From assembly GCA_964534625.1 (NCBI GenBank), contig CAZHRF010000004.1, positions 1-64,000 on the forward strand: a DNA stretch of 64,000 nucleotides, given 5' to 3'. Shown here piece after piece: positions 32,097-42,703 of this stretch (position 1 is its first letter; each line of letters starts with the position of its first letter). The notes below the pieces were generated by a model. It was not told the DNA's origin and did not search any database. It saw only the letters and a program-made list of their open reading frames with translations. The DNA comes from an uncultured archaeon. GTDB lineage: Archaea; Asgardarchaeota; Heimdallarchaeia; Heimdallarchaeales; Heimdallarchaeaceae. The translations under genes were made by a program, and so were the position numbers.

Positions 32097-32165
32097 TTAA
32101 ATACCTAGAAAATATAATAGATGAAAAATAGAATCGTATTCGGAGAGTTTTGATTCTAAATTCAT
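32097..32165 (-). pseudogene. Truncated toxin (probable PIN) remnant coupled to the antitoxin
   Basis: ATGA overlap with the stop of 32162-32380; reads MNLESKLSEYDSIF then reaches a stop within about 22 codons. Confidence 0.45.
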
Positions 32166-32380
32166 ATTCTGTCCTCTCTAATGCTGTTAAGATATTCTTG
32201 AGCATCTTCATCTCCCCATATGTCTTTACCAAGTCCATAAAGATCATTCCAGTCTAAAGACCCTTTTTCTGAAATCTTCTTTGCTCGAATGTTATGTATA
32301 AGGGATTCAATAAGCTCTAGCTGCTCTTCTAATGAAAGATTGTTAATTTCATCTCGAATTTTTTTTACATTACTCTGCAT
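32162..32380 (-). CDS. Small antitoxin-like protein
   Basis: LSLEEQLELIESL...DLYGLGKDIWGDEDAQEYLNSIRE resembles PIN-associated antitoxins. Confidence 0.65.
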   Translation of the reverse strand: MQSNVKKIRDEINNLSLEEQLELIESLIHNIRAKKISEKGSLDWNDLYGLGKDIWGDEDAQEYLNSIREDRI

Positions 32381-32482
32381 CTATAAAATTATTAGTAAAC
32401 TTAGTTTATATTGTTTATTATCTATAGCATAAATTCTATTACTAGTTCGAATTCTTGGAAATTCAATCAGAAATATGTGTAT

Positions 32483-33084
32483 ATGAGCTATTCCACCCTA
32501 AAGGATGAGGTTTCATGGATCATAGAAGCACCCTCAAAAGAAATAGACTAGCCCGTTTGTATGACAAAATAAATAATAGGTGCAAAGAGTGGGTGCATAA
32601 AATGACCACAAAGTTAGCAGAGTTATACGATGCTATTATCCTCGAAGACCTGAATATGAAAGGTATGCAACAGTTTACTACAGGAGTCAGTAAATCGGTG
32701 ACCTTAGACTTTTCCTGGAGTGAGTTTGTAAGATTAGTAGAGTACAAACTCGAAGAACGGGGCAAGTATGTGATAAAAGTTGATGGGTTTTTTCCTTCCA
32801 GTAAGCAGTGTTCGACATGTGGATATACACACACCACGTTACGATTATCTGAACGGGAGTGGACGTGTCCTTCATGTGGTACCGTCCATGACCGAGATGT
32901 TAAAGCTTCACGTAACGTATACTCTGAGGGATGTAGAATCCTCGACGAGCTTGGTGTATCAATACAATGTACCGTCGGAAAGAAGGGAACTATAGACGAC
33001 GCTTGTGGAGACGAGGTAAGTCCTCATTTTGAGGCAACTTCGTTGAAGCAAGAAACCATCTGCCTTTAGGCAGTGGTAGTTCAT
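32483..33084 (+). mobile_element. Internally deleted IS200/IS605-family element with both ends retained
   Basis: Left-end motif (CCTAAAGG core, 32483-32514) is an imperfect inverted copy of the right-end motif (CCTTTAGG core, 33052-33084); encloses a 5'-truncated tnpB. Confidence 0.8.
32515..33069 (+). pseudogene. tnpB: N-terminally truncated TnpB
   Basis: HKMTTKL, IILEDLN (RuvC-II), PSSKQCSTCG..WTCPSCG zinc finger, HDRDVKAS (RuvC-III). Only 184 aa; RuvC-I and the N-terminal half are absent. Confidence 0.88.
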
Positions 33085-33116
33085 TTAATTACTATTTCTC
33101 TTTCTCCATTTCATTT

Positions 33117-36100
33117 TCAATTTTTTCTCCTTTCTCCTTTCTCCTTTTTCTTTAGATATGCGACATATGAAAATACTATCAATAATATCCCAGCAAGTAA
33201 GAACAATAGAGAACCATATTGAAAACCAGCTGAACCCACGTTAAGAAAAATGAAAAGTATATAAATTAGGCCAAGTATGCCAGAAGTTATAGAAGAGATT
33301 ATTTGTACTGTTTGTATTTCTAGATTGGTCGAAAAGAATACGCCTACCAGTGCTAGAGTAAAAGCTAATCCAAAAGCGAGTTCAAAATCCATGGGACTCA
33401 AGAATCCACTGATAGCTATAGTTATTAATGATATAAGCAAAGCAGGTACAAAGTGAAACTCATTTTCTGTTTTTCTGTAAAGAAGGTAAGATAGCACTAA
33501 GATAACAGTCATGACACTCGAAACAAAGATAAAGGAAGTATAAGTCAAAAGCCTGTCAGCTGGTGCAAGATAGAAAGTACTCAAAGCAATTGCGATCATG
33601 GCTGTAAGTGAACTTGAACGCATCTGACTCTTATAACTAATCCCATAAAATAGTAGAGCTAAAACAAAGGGAACGAAGCCATACCAAGATTTTTGTATCA
33701 GTACAACAATAAAACTGTGAGCATAAAAAGGTACAAATAGTAAAATATGAGCTAGTTCAGCGTTAACAACATCTGTCTTAACTAAAACATATTCAAGAAC
33801 AAGGGAGTCAATTATAGTGTAAGAAATGACAGTAAAGATACTAAAGAAAATATAAAACAGAGTTAGGTGAATAGAACTTGTTAACTCTATTAAAAAGAAA
33901 GATAGGCTTCCAATGCTAATAAACAACAGCTGTATAGAAACACTATGAGAGAGGGCTTCTTTAGGTTGAGGTTTAAATTTATATTGTATTATCGATGAAA
34001 ACAATCCTAAAAAGAAGAATGTAGATATAATACTCAAACTATAGGAAAGGAAATACGATGATAAAGTGAAAGTGAAGTTTTCTCTTACTAACCAACCTAG
34101 ACTCATTACTAAAAGTGATCCTGTAAGATTCCATATTGACGCATGATATAAAATATCTGGTATTCTCATCCTTGCTTTCCATGCAGTATAAGAAGTACTC
34201 ACCACCCAGACTCCAAATACAATGAAGGGAACAAAATCAGGAAGTACTCTAAAAGGGTTAAATATTGGAATGAAAGATGATAAAATAAAACTTAACGAAG
34301 CCAGAGAAAAACAAGCTACTGTTATCTTCTCATTTCTTGATTCTACCCAATTAAATGATAAAGTAAGAAGGTATACAAAGAATATTGTCGTACAAATTAT
34401 TGATACAAGACGGATAAGCATAGGATTAGCTATTATTTCTTCTATTGATGGTCTACCTGGTATATTTTCAAGGACAAATAAAGCGGGAGTTACTAAAGTA
34501 GAAATAAAAGCTGGGATGAGTAATAACGTGTCAAACTTGTGATAATAGAAGTAAACTAAAGTTACCAAGGAGATAGGAATCAATAAGCCAATTAGGAATT
34601 CTGCCCGTAATAAACCAAAAATACCCGTAAAAACGAAAAGGAAATGCATTAAACTGACAAATCCAAGCGATAAGAAGAGTTTTGTTTTGGGGTCAATACT
34701 AGTACCATATATTTTTCCAAGGGCAAGATGGATCAGATAAATTATAGGTCCAATAACTGCTCCTGTCAATATAATACTAAAAACAAGCGATTCTCGAACA
34801 AGATCCAATAATTGTTCTTGGGGGATAATAAAAGCATTAGCTAAAACAGCTCCAAAAGTTACAAGAAATAGATCAATAGGATATTCAAGGATGGCATTAT
34901 TTCGTTGTATTTTATCATCTATAAACAACATATTAAAAACAAAAAACAAAATCGGAAAAATTATTAAGATACCAGAAGATATAGCTATGAGAATTTCAGC
35001 ACTTGTACCTCTCAAACTGAGACTAATTAATATTAAAGTGGTGGTCGCGAGAAGAGTTGAACCAATTCGCGTTCTCCAATCATCATGTTTTGTGCTTACA
35101 AAAAGAATAGATAAAGTTGGAAGGATATAAATAATAGGAAGGATCCAAAAATCACCAAATGGATTGGGAGTATCAGGAAAAGTAAATAGTGAAATAATTA
35201 CGGATAGATAGGTTATCAACGGGAATCCTATATTGTAATTCTTAATGATGAAAGGAATTATAGCTAGTACAATTGATAATGAAAGGGCAACAAAAATCAC
35301 AAAAGGCCATAAATTATGAATTTGTGCTGGAATTGAGATCAGAGAGAGAGAAATAGCAATCGTACCCAGCAATTCTTCTGGGATTGTTGAGGTTTCTTTT
35401 TTCTTCAGAAAAAGATTAACTAACCAGAGAAGCATAGATATCAAAACACCGCCATAGAAGAAAAAGAAGAGGTTTGAATCTTGTGCAATATACCAAAGAA
35501 TGGAAGTCAATGAAAGAAAGGAAAGCGAGTGAAGATGGGAAATTGTTATTGGTTCTTTTTCCAGATCCAATGATAACTTTTTTGTTGTCTGCAATAAAGA
35601 GACTATACCAAAACAAATAGAAATACCAAGAATAAACAAATAAGTAAAACTAGTGGAAATAGCGGTTATCGGAGTGACTAAACTATTGACAAAAAGATTA
35701 ACACAACCAAGTGCCAATAAACTAGCAGTTGAAACAAAAGTTAACTGGGTCTTTCTAAATAAATAAAGGCTCATCAGACCAAATAAGAATAGAAAAGCTA
35801 GATTATAATCTAATGCGATTCCAACACCAGAAATGTGAGACTTAACAAAAAGGATAATAAAACCTATTTCTAGTAAAATGAGCGTCAGTATTAAACGATG
35901 AAGTAAAGACAAGCCTCCTGGTAATTTTGAATTCATGGTAAACATTGAACTGCCAATTAAAAGTGCAAGATATAAACCAGAATAAATAACTAAAGTGGGT
36001 GTAGCATTGTTAATTTCAGTTATTAAAGCAAAAATAATACCTGTGTTAATAGCAATAATAGAAATGGTTTCTAAAATCTTGGTAGAAAGGGATGCTTTAT

Positions 36101-37766
36101 CATGATCAATTTGTTCTTTTTGAATACTCTCTTGAAATATTTGGTTGCTATATAACCCAATGAAAAAACTAATGTAAAGGAATAAAGATACAATAAAAAC
36201 AGTCCATGAAAGAATTTGCAATTCCGCTCGTTTGAAGATAAATAGGAAATAAGATGATAAGGGTAAAATAAAATTAAACACAGAGCTATCGGAAAATTCT
36301 TCTTTATTTTTATTGAAAATAATAGGAACCATGGAAAAACCAACAGCCAATACCACGTACAAACTAGAAAAGAGAATCTGAGTATCAGATTGTCTAGAGA
36401 TCTCAGTGAAGAGTGTAAAGAAGGTAACACCATTAAGAAATACCATAAAAATAAAGTTCACTAGTCTAGGATTTGTAATATTATATTCTTCAAATCGTTG
36501 AGATACAATACTAGAATAAGTGAAAACATACGTGATTAACAATAAAAATGCTGCAACAAATATTTCCCAAGAATATAATCCAATGGTCTCCCTTAGAAAA
36601 GTTAAGTAGAAAAAGCATGAAAGGGGCAAAATAAAATCTATAAAAGTAATGATTGTACGCATGACATTGTTATTGTACACTTTATAATAATCATAAGCAT
36701 TTTCAATCAATAATGATGCGACTAAACAAGAGGGAATAATAACTAAAAGCGTATTGAATTGAACTATAGTATAGAAATCAGGAATAAAACTGAATACAGG
36801 AAAGGTGACTAAGGTTAAAATAGAGGGAGCTGCGGAAATTTTGAATTTAGCTAAGGAATAAGCAAATAAAAGCGTGGCAAAATAAAAACCAAAAAAGATA
36901 TAACCAACATACTGTCCAAAAATCTCGGGATTAGTAATAATAGGAATTAAAGAAATAAGATTAAGACAGATGTATGCCTCACCTATTAAAAATTCGTTTT
37001 TGAAATAGATAGCCACCAATAAACTAATAATAGCTCCTATAATTGCTAAAGACCAAATCAATAAGGGGCGGGGTGTTTCAGTCACAACAGTTGTGGAAAC
37101 AATATACGAAATAAATATCCCCGCAGTACCTAGACCCAAAAAACTCCAAGGGAACATTAAATATGTAGATAATGAATGTTTGGTTAGCCATAATTTAGTC
37201 AAAATACTGCTTACAATGAAAAGTAAAGAAAAGATCGTTATATATAGAAAAACATTTAGTTGTGTGACTCTGCCTACTTGTCTTAACCAATCAATTAAAA
37301 ACAGCGTTCCTGCATAAACAGTTACAAAGAGGAGGAGATAAAACCCTAAAAGCAAAAAGTAAGGGAAAAGTTCTTCGCGACGAGAAAAGAGAGGAGAGGT
37401 GAATTTTTTTAGTAAAGAAGTAGAATCAGCCTTAGACTGATCTGCAAGAATTTGTTCTTTACTAGGTTCAATTGGAACTTCTGTTTTATAATCTGCAACG
37501 CTTGGTTCTGATACAGCTGAAGGTTCTATGATCTCTTGTTTTGGTCGCTCGATAGGTTCTGATACAGCTGAAGGTTCTATGATCTCTTGTTTTGGTTCCT
37601 CGATACGTTGAAATTCTTGAGTAAGCTCACTAGAGGAAGTAGAAGTATGCAATTCATCAGTCAATGCATTGAATTTTGAAAACAAAAAAATAATTTTCTT
37701 ATCAAGCAGTTCTAATTTTTTTTCGAGATCTTTTATACTTTCTCTAAGCGACTCTTCGTCATTCAC
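33117..37766 (-). CDS. Very large polytopic membrane protein (DUF2339-like architecture)
   Basis: 1549 aa; N-terminal coiled coil and Pro/Glu linker followed by dozens of hydrophobic segments. Confidence 0.7.
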   Translation of the reverse strand: MNDEESLRESIKDLEKKLELLDKKIIFLFSKFNALTDELHTSTSSSELTQEFQRIEEPKQEIIEPSAVSEPIERPKQEIIEPSAVSEPSVADYKTEVPIEPSKEQILADQSKADSTSLLKKFTSPLFSRREELFPYFLLLGFYLLLFVTVYAGTLFLIDWLRQVGRVTQLNVFLYITIFSLLFIVSSILTKLWLTKHSLSTYLMFPWSFLGLGTAGIFISYIVSTTVVTETPRPLLIWSLAIIGAIISLLVAIYFKNEFLIGEAYICLNLISLIPIITNPEIFGQYVGYIFFGFYFATLLFAYSLAKFKISAAPSILTLVTFPVFSFIPDFYTIVQFNTLLVIIPSCLVASLLIENAYDYYKVYNNNVMRTIITFIDFILPLSCFFYLTFLRETIGLYSWEIFVAAFLLLITYVFTYSSIVSQRFEEYNITNPRLVNFIFMVFLNGVTFFTLFTEISRQSDTQILFSSLYVVLAVGFSMVPIIFNKNKEEFSDSSVFNFILPLSSYFLFIFKRAELQILSWTVFIVSLFLYISFFIGLYSNQIFQESIQKEQIDHDKASLSTKILETISIIAINTGIIFALITEINNATPTLVIYSGLYLALLIGSSMFTMNSKLPGGLSLLHRLILTLILLEIGFIILFVKSHISGVGIALDYNLAFLFLFGLMSLYLFRKTQLTFVSTASLLALGCVNLFVNSLVTPITAISTSFTYLFILGISICFGIVSLLQTTKKLSLDLEKEPITISHLHSLSFLSLTSILWYIAQDSNLFFFFYGGVLISMLLWLVNLFLKKKETSTIPEELLGTIAISLSLISIPAQIHNLWPFVIFVALSLSIVLAIIPFIIKNYNIGFPLITYLSVIISLFTFPDTPNPFGDFWILPIIYILPTLSILFVSTKHDDWRTRIGSTLLATTTLILISLSLRGTSAEILIAISSGILIIFPILFFVFNMLFIDDKIQRNNAILEYPIDLFLVTFGAVLANAFIIPQEQLLDLVRESLVFSIILTGAVIGPIIYLIHLALGKIYGTSIDPKTKLFLSLGFVSLMHFLFVFTGIFGLLRAEFLIGLLIPISLVTLVYFYYHKFDTLLLIPAFISTLVTPALFVLENIPGRPSIEEIIANPMLIRLVSIICTTIFFVYLLTLSFNWVESRNEKITVACFSLASLSFILSSFIPIFNPFRVLPDFVPFIVFGVWVVSTSYTAWKARMRIPDILYHASIWNLTGSLLVMSLGWLVRENFTFTLSSYFLSYSLSIISTFFFLGLFSSIIQYKFKPQPKEALSHSVSIQLLFISIGSLSFFLIELTSSIHLTLFYIFFSIFTVISYTIIDSLVLEYVLVKTDVVNAELAHILLFVPFYAHSFIVVLIQKSWYGFVPFVLALLFYGISYKSQMRSSSLTAMIAIALSTFYLAPADRLLTYTSFIFVSSVMTVILVLSYLLYRKTENEFHFVPALLISLITIAISGFLSPMDFELAFGLAFTLALVGVFFSTNLEIQTVQIISSITSGILGLIYILFIFLNVGSAGFQYGSLLFLLAGILLIVFSYVAYLKKKEKGERRKN
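37504..37605 (-). repeat. 51-bp intragenic tandem duplication (IE-x-PKQEIIEPSAVSEP, two copies)
   Basis: Near-identical DNA units with period 51. Confidence 0.9.
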
Positions 37767-38151
37767 ATCTATAATTATACAATGACTAAAATATAAATCT
37801 TATGTGCAAATTATTTATGAGAGTAGAAAATATATTGAATTAAAAATAAAAATAATAGCTATACAGTAAAGATTTCTTCCCTCAATAATAAAAAACCTAG
37901 TAAAGACATTAAAAAACCTGTTTGAAAAGGCTTTCTAGGCATTCCTTATTCCTAATTGTTTAATTGGTTGTTTACATAGTATTTCCTAGTTAACGAAGGA
38001 AATATATTTTTCCTATTCCGACAAAATTACTTTCAAAAGTAAAGAGCAAAAACTAGAGAAGAAAAGAAAAGAATAAAGAACAAGATTTCACTTTCAATGA
38101 ACTCCCAGTCCTCTCTTATAAATTAGAAGGTACTTGTTAACTTGAGAGCAA

Positions 38152-39168
38152 ATGTCAAAAGTCAAATCAAAAATTACAAATTCGAGTTCAAGCTCAGAAA
38201 CAGAATCAATAAATATAAATGAAGAAGAAATTACATGTCCTGAATGTGGTAACACTAATTTTGCGATAACCAAAGCCAATAAAGTATGCAAGGTATGTGG
38301 GGTAGTTATTGAGCCTATTTACCAGAATGATCATTGGCAAGGAAGATTTGAAAATGCGGAACGATATGGTAGTCCAGAAAGTAGGAGGCATACAAGTTCA
38401 ACATTTTTCAGAGTTAATGATGTGAAAACAAGCAAAAGACGAAGCAATTATAACAGATATAGGTTAGTGAATGGTTCACTGGAATATGACGCGATAGAAG
38501 AAAATCTCTCACGCTTACTGAATATTTTAACAACATTAGGCTTGTCATCTAATGAGCGCAATAATTTGATGTTTGAACTAAAAACTATCTATACAGACGC
38601 CAAAAGAAATGAAGACAAAATAACTAATATATTTCTCATAGCGGCAGCACTGACCATCAAGTTATTAAAAAGAAAAGGCAGAGCAATCTCTATAAGTGAC
38701 GTGGTCTCAATCTACAAACAATATGGTTGCAAAATCAGCAATAAGGCTATCCGCGATCATATCTTGGATAACAACATACGCTACTTAAGAAGCTCTAAGG
38801 ATCAATATATTAGTAAATATATGGCCAAATTACGCTCTGATGACGATATTCGATCACAAATTCTTGACTTTACAAAAGAAACCATTGATAAGAAAGAATC
38901 AAATATAGATGAGGATTTAGAAGTCAACAAAGTCCTGACTACAATTGAACGCATGGCTATAAAACTGAGTAAATTGAACACTGGAGCCAAGAAGCCTTCG
39001 GTTATCTCTGCTGCGGGGATATTTATAGCTTCAAAATTAATAGCAACAAAGTATGGCAAAGATCTCTTGTTACCTAAAAGCACGTTAAGCTCATTGTTAG
39101 ATGTACCACAAAGTACACTACGGACTCATGTCAATTACTTAAGCGAGAAGATTAAAGTTAAACTATAA
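38152..39168 (+). CDS. Divergent TFIIB/TFB-like protein
   Basis: N-terminal zinc ribbon CPECG...VCKVCGVV; two cyclin-like repeats (IAAAL; GAKKPSVISAAGIFIA; ...STLRTH). Confidence 0.75.
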   Translation: MSKVKSKITNSSSSSETESININEEEITCPECGNTNFAITKANKVCKVCGVVIEPIYQNDHWQGRFENAERYGSPESRRHTSSTFFRVNDVKTSKRRSNYNRYRLVNGSLEYDAIEENLSRLLNILTTLGLSSNERNNLMFELKTIYTDAKRNEDKITNIFLIAAALTIKLLKRKGRAISISDVVSIYKQYGCKISNKAIRDHILDNNIRYLRSSKDQYISKYMAKLRSDDDIRSQILDFTKETIDKKESNIDEDLEVNKVLTTIERMAIKLSKLNTGAKKPSVISAAGIFIASKLIATKYGKDLLLPKSTLSSLLDVPQSTLRTHVNYLSEKIKVKL

Positions 39169-39181
39169 TCAAACTATAGTC

Positions 39182-39233
39182 CTTATACTCATTATTCTCA
39201 TTCTTTATACTCATTCTTTATACTCATTCTTTA
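39182..39233 (+). repeat. 13-bp tandem repeat (CTCATTCTTTATA), about 3 copies plus a degenerate one
   Basis: Read directly, immediately after the TFB-like stop codon. Confidence 0.85.
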
Positions 39234-39303
39234 AATTTAAGCAACACGAGATTATAATCTTATTTAGTGAGCTAACAGCAATTACATATATTTATATATA
39301 ATA

Positions 39304-40509
39304 ATGTCTAGAAATTTCATATTACTCAGTAAGGGGCTCATTATGGTAACTTCATTATCAAAAAAGCAAATAACGGGAAATGATATAGGCGAAGTTCAAT
39401 GGCTATATAGAACACCAATTTTCACAACATTTTCAGCATTAATATTAATAACTCTTGATACAATACTACGAGTCACGGATGATTACCTTTTTATTTTTTC
39501 TATCTTTCTAATTTTATTCCTAATTTTTTCTATTGGAACGTACAAACTAACACAAGCAGTTTTTCTAGCGCCAATATTATATAATGAAAATGATTACAAA
39601 GCAAATATGAAAACAATCGTATTAGCACACCTTGTTTACACATTAATTTTTGCGATACACTCTTTTTTTTATACTTTAGTAATCATATATTATACTAGTT
39701 CCTTTGCTCTATTCAATACCGCTCCTGCTATTATGAGTATAATTCAAATAATTAGTTTAACTATACTAATTAAAACGTTCAAGAAACCAAATAAAATAGA
39801 TAAGGAAAAAATACAATTCACGAATGAAAAAAAAGTTTCTCATTCTCCCAAATATATTGATGTTAATTATAAAACGCTTAGGAATATTAAACGAACAATA
39901 TATGGCAATTTGACAATTTTCTTCTTTTTATGTTTTTTTCACTTAGTGTTTGAACTTTTTGTCTTTTTCTTAATTTTTTTGTGGGGGGTATTGCTACCAT
40001 TAATATCAATTTTCGCTTATAAAACATTAGATTTTCTTTCAGCTATTAGAGGAGATAAAAAAGAAGAGAAAGCCCTTAAATTAATATTAATATTGAAAAT
40101 AGTCAATGCATTACAATTTATATTTTTAATGATCTTTCTTGTAATCGGAATAATAAAATTAAGTATTTTTAATGATTATGAAATATTCTATCTTATTATA
40201 CCCATACTGATAGGGATAATACCACCCATGTGGGTTTTTGTAAGTTTCGAAAAATTGGAATTGAAATTGATTAAAGAAATAGAAATGCTGAATCAATCGA
40301 TATCCAGACAGATTCAAGCAAAAATGCTTGAAGATTTCTCACTTAAAGAAAGATCTCAGACAGGCGATATAGTGGCACTACATTCGGAGAATATAAAAAT
40401 AAAAGAATTAAATAACAACTCTAGTTTTCATTGTACTGAGTGCGGAGAAATACTACCGTCAAAGGAGTTATACTGCCCTAGATGTGGAACAAGAATGGAG
40501 ATTGAATAA
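39304..40509 (+). CDS. Membrane protein with a C-terminal zinc ribbon
   Basis: About 8 TM helices; CTECG...YCPRCG. The start may be ATG 39343. Confidence 0.72.
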   Translation: MSRNFILLSKGLIMVTSLSKKQITGNDIGEVQWLYRTPIFTTFSALILITLDTILRVTDDYLFIFSIFLILFLIFSIGTYKLTQAVFLAPILYNENDYKANMKTIVLAHLVYTLIFAIHSFFYTLVIIYYTSSFALFNTAPAIMSIIQIISLTILIKTFKKPNKIDKEKIQFTNEKKVSHSPKYIDVNYKTLRNIKRTIYGNLTIFFFLCFFHLVFELFVFFLIFLWGVLLPLISIFAYKTLDFLSAIRGDKKEEKALKLILILKIVNALQFIFLMIFLVIGIIKLSIFNDYEIFYLIIPILIGIIPPMWVFVSFEKLELKLIKEIEMLNQSISRQIQAKMLEDFSLKERSQTGDIVALHSENIKIKELNNNSSFHCTECGEILPSKELYCPRCGTRMEIE

Positions 40510-40974
40510 ACCCAAAGAAGAGATTTGGTATAAATTGAAACTTCAACACTAAAATGTAAGAGATATATCGTCAAAGTAGAAATAGACATAATCAACATCA
40601 TGATGCTTCATGGGACTTCTATGGGACATTTCATCAAATATTATTTGGCAGAGGACTTGGTCTATCTGGGCCATCATGGTGGATATAAAGTATCCTTATA
40701 TTAAGACTAAAAGGAGGGTTTATTTATTTTATAATTTTTTTTGTTCTTTGAGAATAAAATTGCCACATTACTTTGGATAGGGGAATTATCATATTCCCAG
40801 CACCCAGCGAGGGGTGTATTATTCTTATAATGTTTCTAAAAAAACTAATACACATATAGTAAGAATATACCATCACAGGTTTTGATATCGGGGGTAGGTA
40901 AAAATAAATAAAAAGGATATGGTATGTTTATATAGCTATTTTAGGTATGTATATATGAAAATGAGGTAATAAGA

Positions 40975-42534
40975 ATGGTCGATAATGATTCAATACATAA
41001 ATTAACCGATAATATACGATCTGGTATAGTTATACGGGGAGAAAAAGAATCCCCAATACCTGAAGAAGAAGTGGATTTAGAAGGTGATCCCAACGAGATA
41101 CTCTATGTTAAAGATTTTATAATAGATGAAGGATTACCAGGAAAACCTAATGTTTATCGTATAGAAGAACCGTATGTTAAACCTTTTAAGATTAAACGTA
41201 GCGAGTATCTTTTATATCTAAAACTTAGAAAATTGTTTACTACACAAAGTCTTTATCCTATAGATAAAGATAATAGCCCGTATCGTAACCCCTATAAGAA
41301 TCATTTTGCCCCACTTAAAAAAATTATATATAGATACTCATTATTTAGATGGTTATTCGGTTTTGAATATTTCATGTTAGGAAAATCTAACAAGGAATAT
41401 TATGGCTTTGAAGGAGAGGTTTCTTCTACCAACATGTGTTGTATTAAAGATCATTATATACGAGAAGTAATTCTAAATGATATTGCAACACCAAATACAG
41501 TATGGCCGTTGCGTATTTTCCCCGATGGTATATCGGGCCGTGATGGAATAAGATATGAACCTCAAAAAGAAAAAATGGTTACAATCTTAAAAAAGATGGA
41601 AAAGTTAGATTCATTGTTACTTAGAGAGGCTGAAGGAGTAGAAGAAGAGCAAAGATTACCCGATAATATATCAGAATTAAAAAATCTCGTGCAATTAGCA
41701 ATAATAAGTTGGGGGTTAAAACGCTTACCTAGAAGCTTTGGGAGACTAAAAAATCTTCGGAGTTTGTTTTTGGTGGATAATTGGTTTACCTATATTCCCA
41801 AGAGTATTTTTAGAATAAAAAAACTTCAACATCTAATTTTAGAAGAAAATAACATAAACGAGATACCTCCAGATATATTAAAATTAGAGAATCTAATAAC
41901 CCTAGATTTGTCAGGCAATCCACTTGGAGCTGTTCCTGAACATATATGTGAGTTACCTAATCTTAGATATTTTAGATTTGACCAACTTTATAACAACATT
42001 TGGGTTAAATCATATAACCAGACCAAGTATATGCTATCTTCTTTACCAGATTGTTTTCATAAATTACAAAAATTAGAAACCTTGATTTTATCTAACAATA
42101 AGTTCCAGACTATTCCTGAATGTATAAAGCATTTACACAATCTTAAAAGTTTGATTATGTACTATAACTCTGTTACTTCTATCCCTTCATTTATTTATGA
42201 TATGAAAAATCTAGAAGTGTTATCCTTAACTTGTAATAAAATTGATGAAATAAGTCCCGAAATTGAAAAAATGCAAAATCTAAAAATATTAGAACTAGGA
42301 GGGAATAATTTACAAGAGATACCTCCCGAAATAGGTAATTTGAAAGATTTACGAGTATTAAAACTAGGTGGTAATAATCTTACTTCTTTACCCAAGACGA
42401 TAAATAAGTTGTCTAACATAGGGATAATGAATGTAAGGGGAAATAATGACCTTAAAGTTAATATTGAAGAGTATTCAGTAACAATAAAAAATAGGTTGCA
42501 ATGGGATAAGTGGAAAAATAACCAAAATAATTGA
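40975..42534 (+). CDS. Leucine-rich repeat protein
   Basis: About 12 LxxLxLxxNxLxxIPxxIxxL repeats after an unrecognised ~200-aa N-terminal domain. Confidence 0.92.
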   Translation: MVDNDSIHKLTDNIRSGIVIRGEKESPIPEEEVDLEGDPNEILYVKDFIIDEGLPGKPNVYRIEEPYVKPFKIKRSEYLLYLKLRKLFTTQSLYPIDKDNSPYRNPYKNHFAPLKKIIYRYSLFRWLFGFEYFMLGKSNKEYYGFEGEVSSTNMCCIKDHYIREVILNDIATPNTVWPLRIFPDGISGRDGIRYEPQKEKMVTILKKMEKLDSLLLREAEGVEEEQRLPDNISELKNLVQLAIISWGLKRLPRSFGRLKNLRSLFLVDNWFTYIPKSIFRIKKLQHLILEENNINEIPPDILKLENLITLDLSGNPLGAVPEHICELPNLRYFRFDQLYNNIWVKSYNQTKYMLSSLPDCFHKLQKLETLILSNNKFQTIPECIKHLHNLKSLIMYYNSVTSIPSFIYDMKNLEVLSLTCNKIDEISPEIEKMQNLKILELGGNNLQEIPPEIGNLKDLRVLKLGGNNLTSLPKTINKLSNIGIMNVRGNNDLKVNIEEYSVTIKNRLQWDKWKNNQNN

Positions 42535-42703
42535 ACCAACACAACCCAAATTAAACTCACTAAACTAAAAGAGAAACGAAAACAAAGAGAAGTTATTAAA
42601 GGTTTAAATAGTTTTGTTGGTATAATAAAGTAGGGTAATACCTTAATATAAAATAAAAGGAAAGGTATTTGTTAATACCTAAAGTAAGGAGAAAGGAATA
42701 AAA

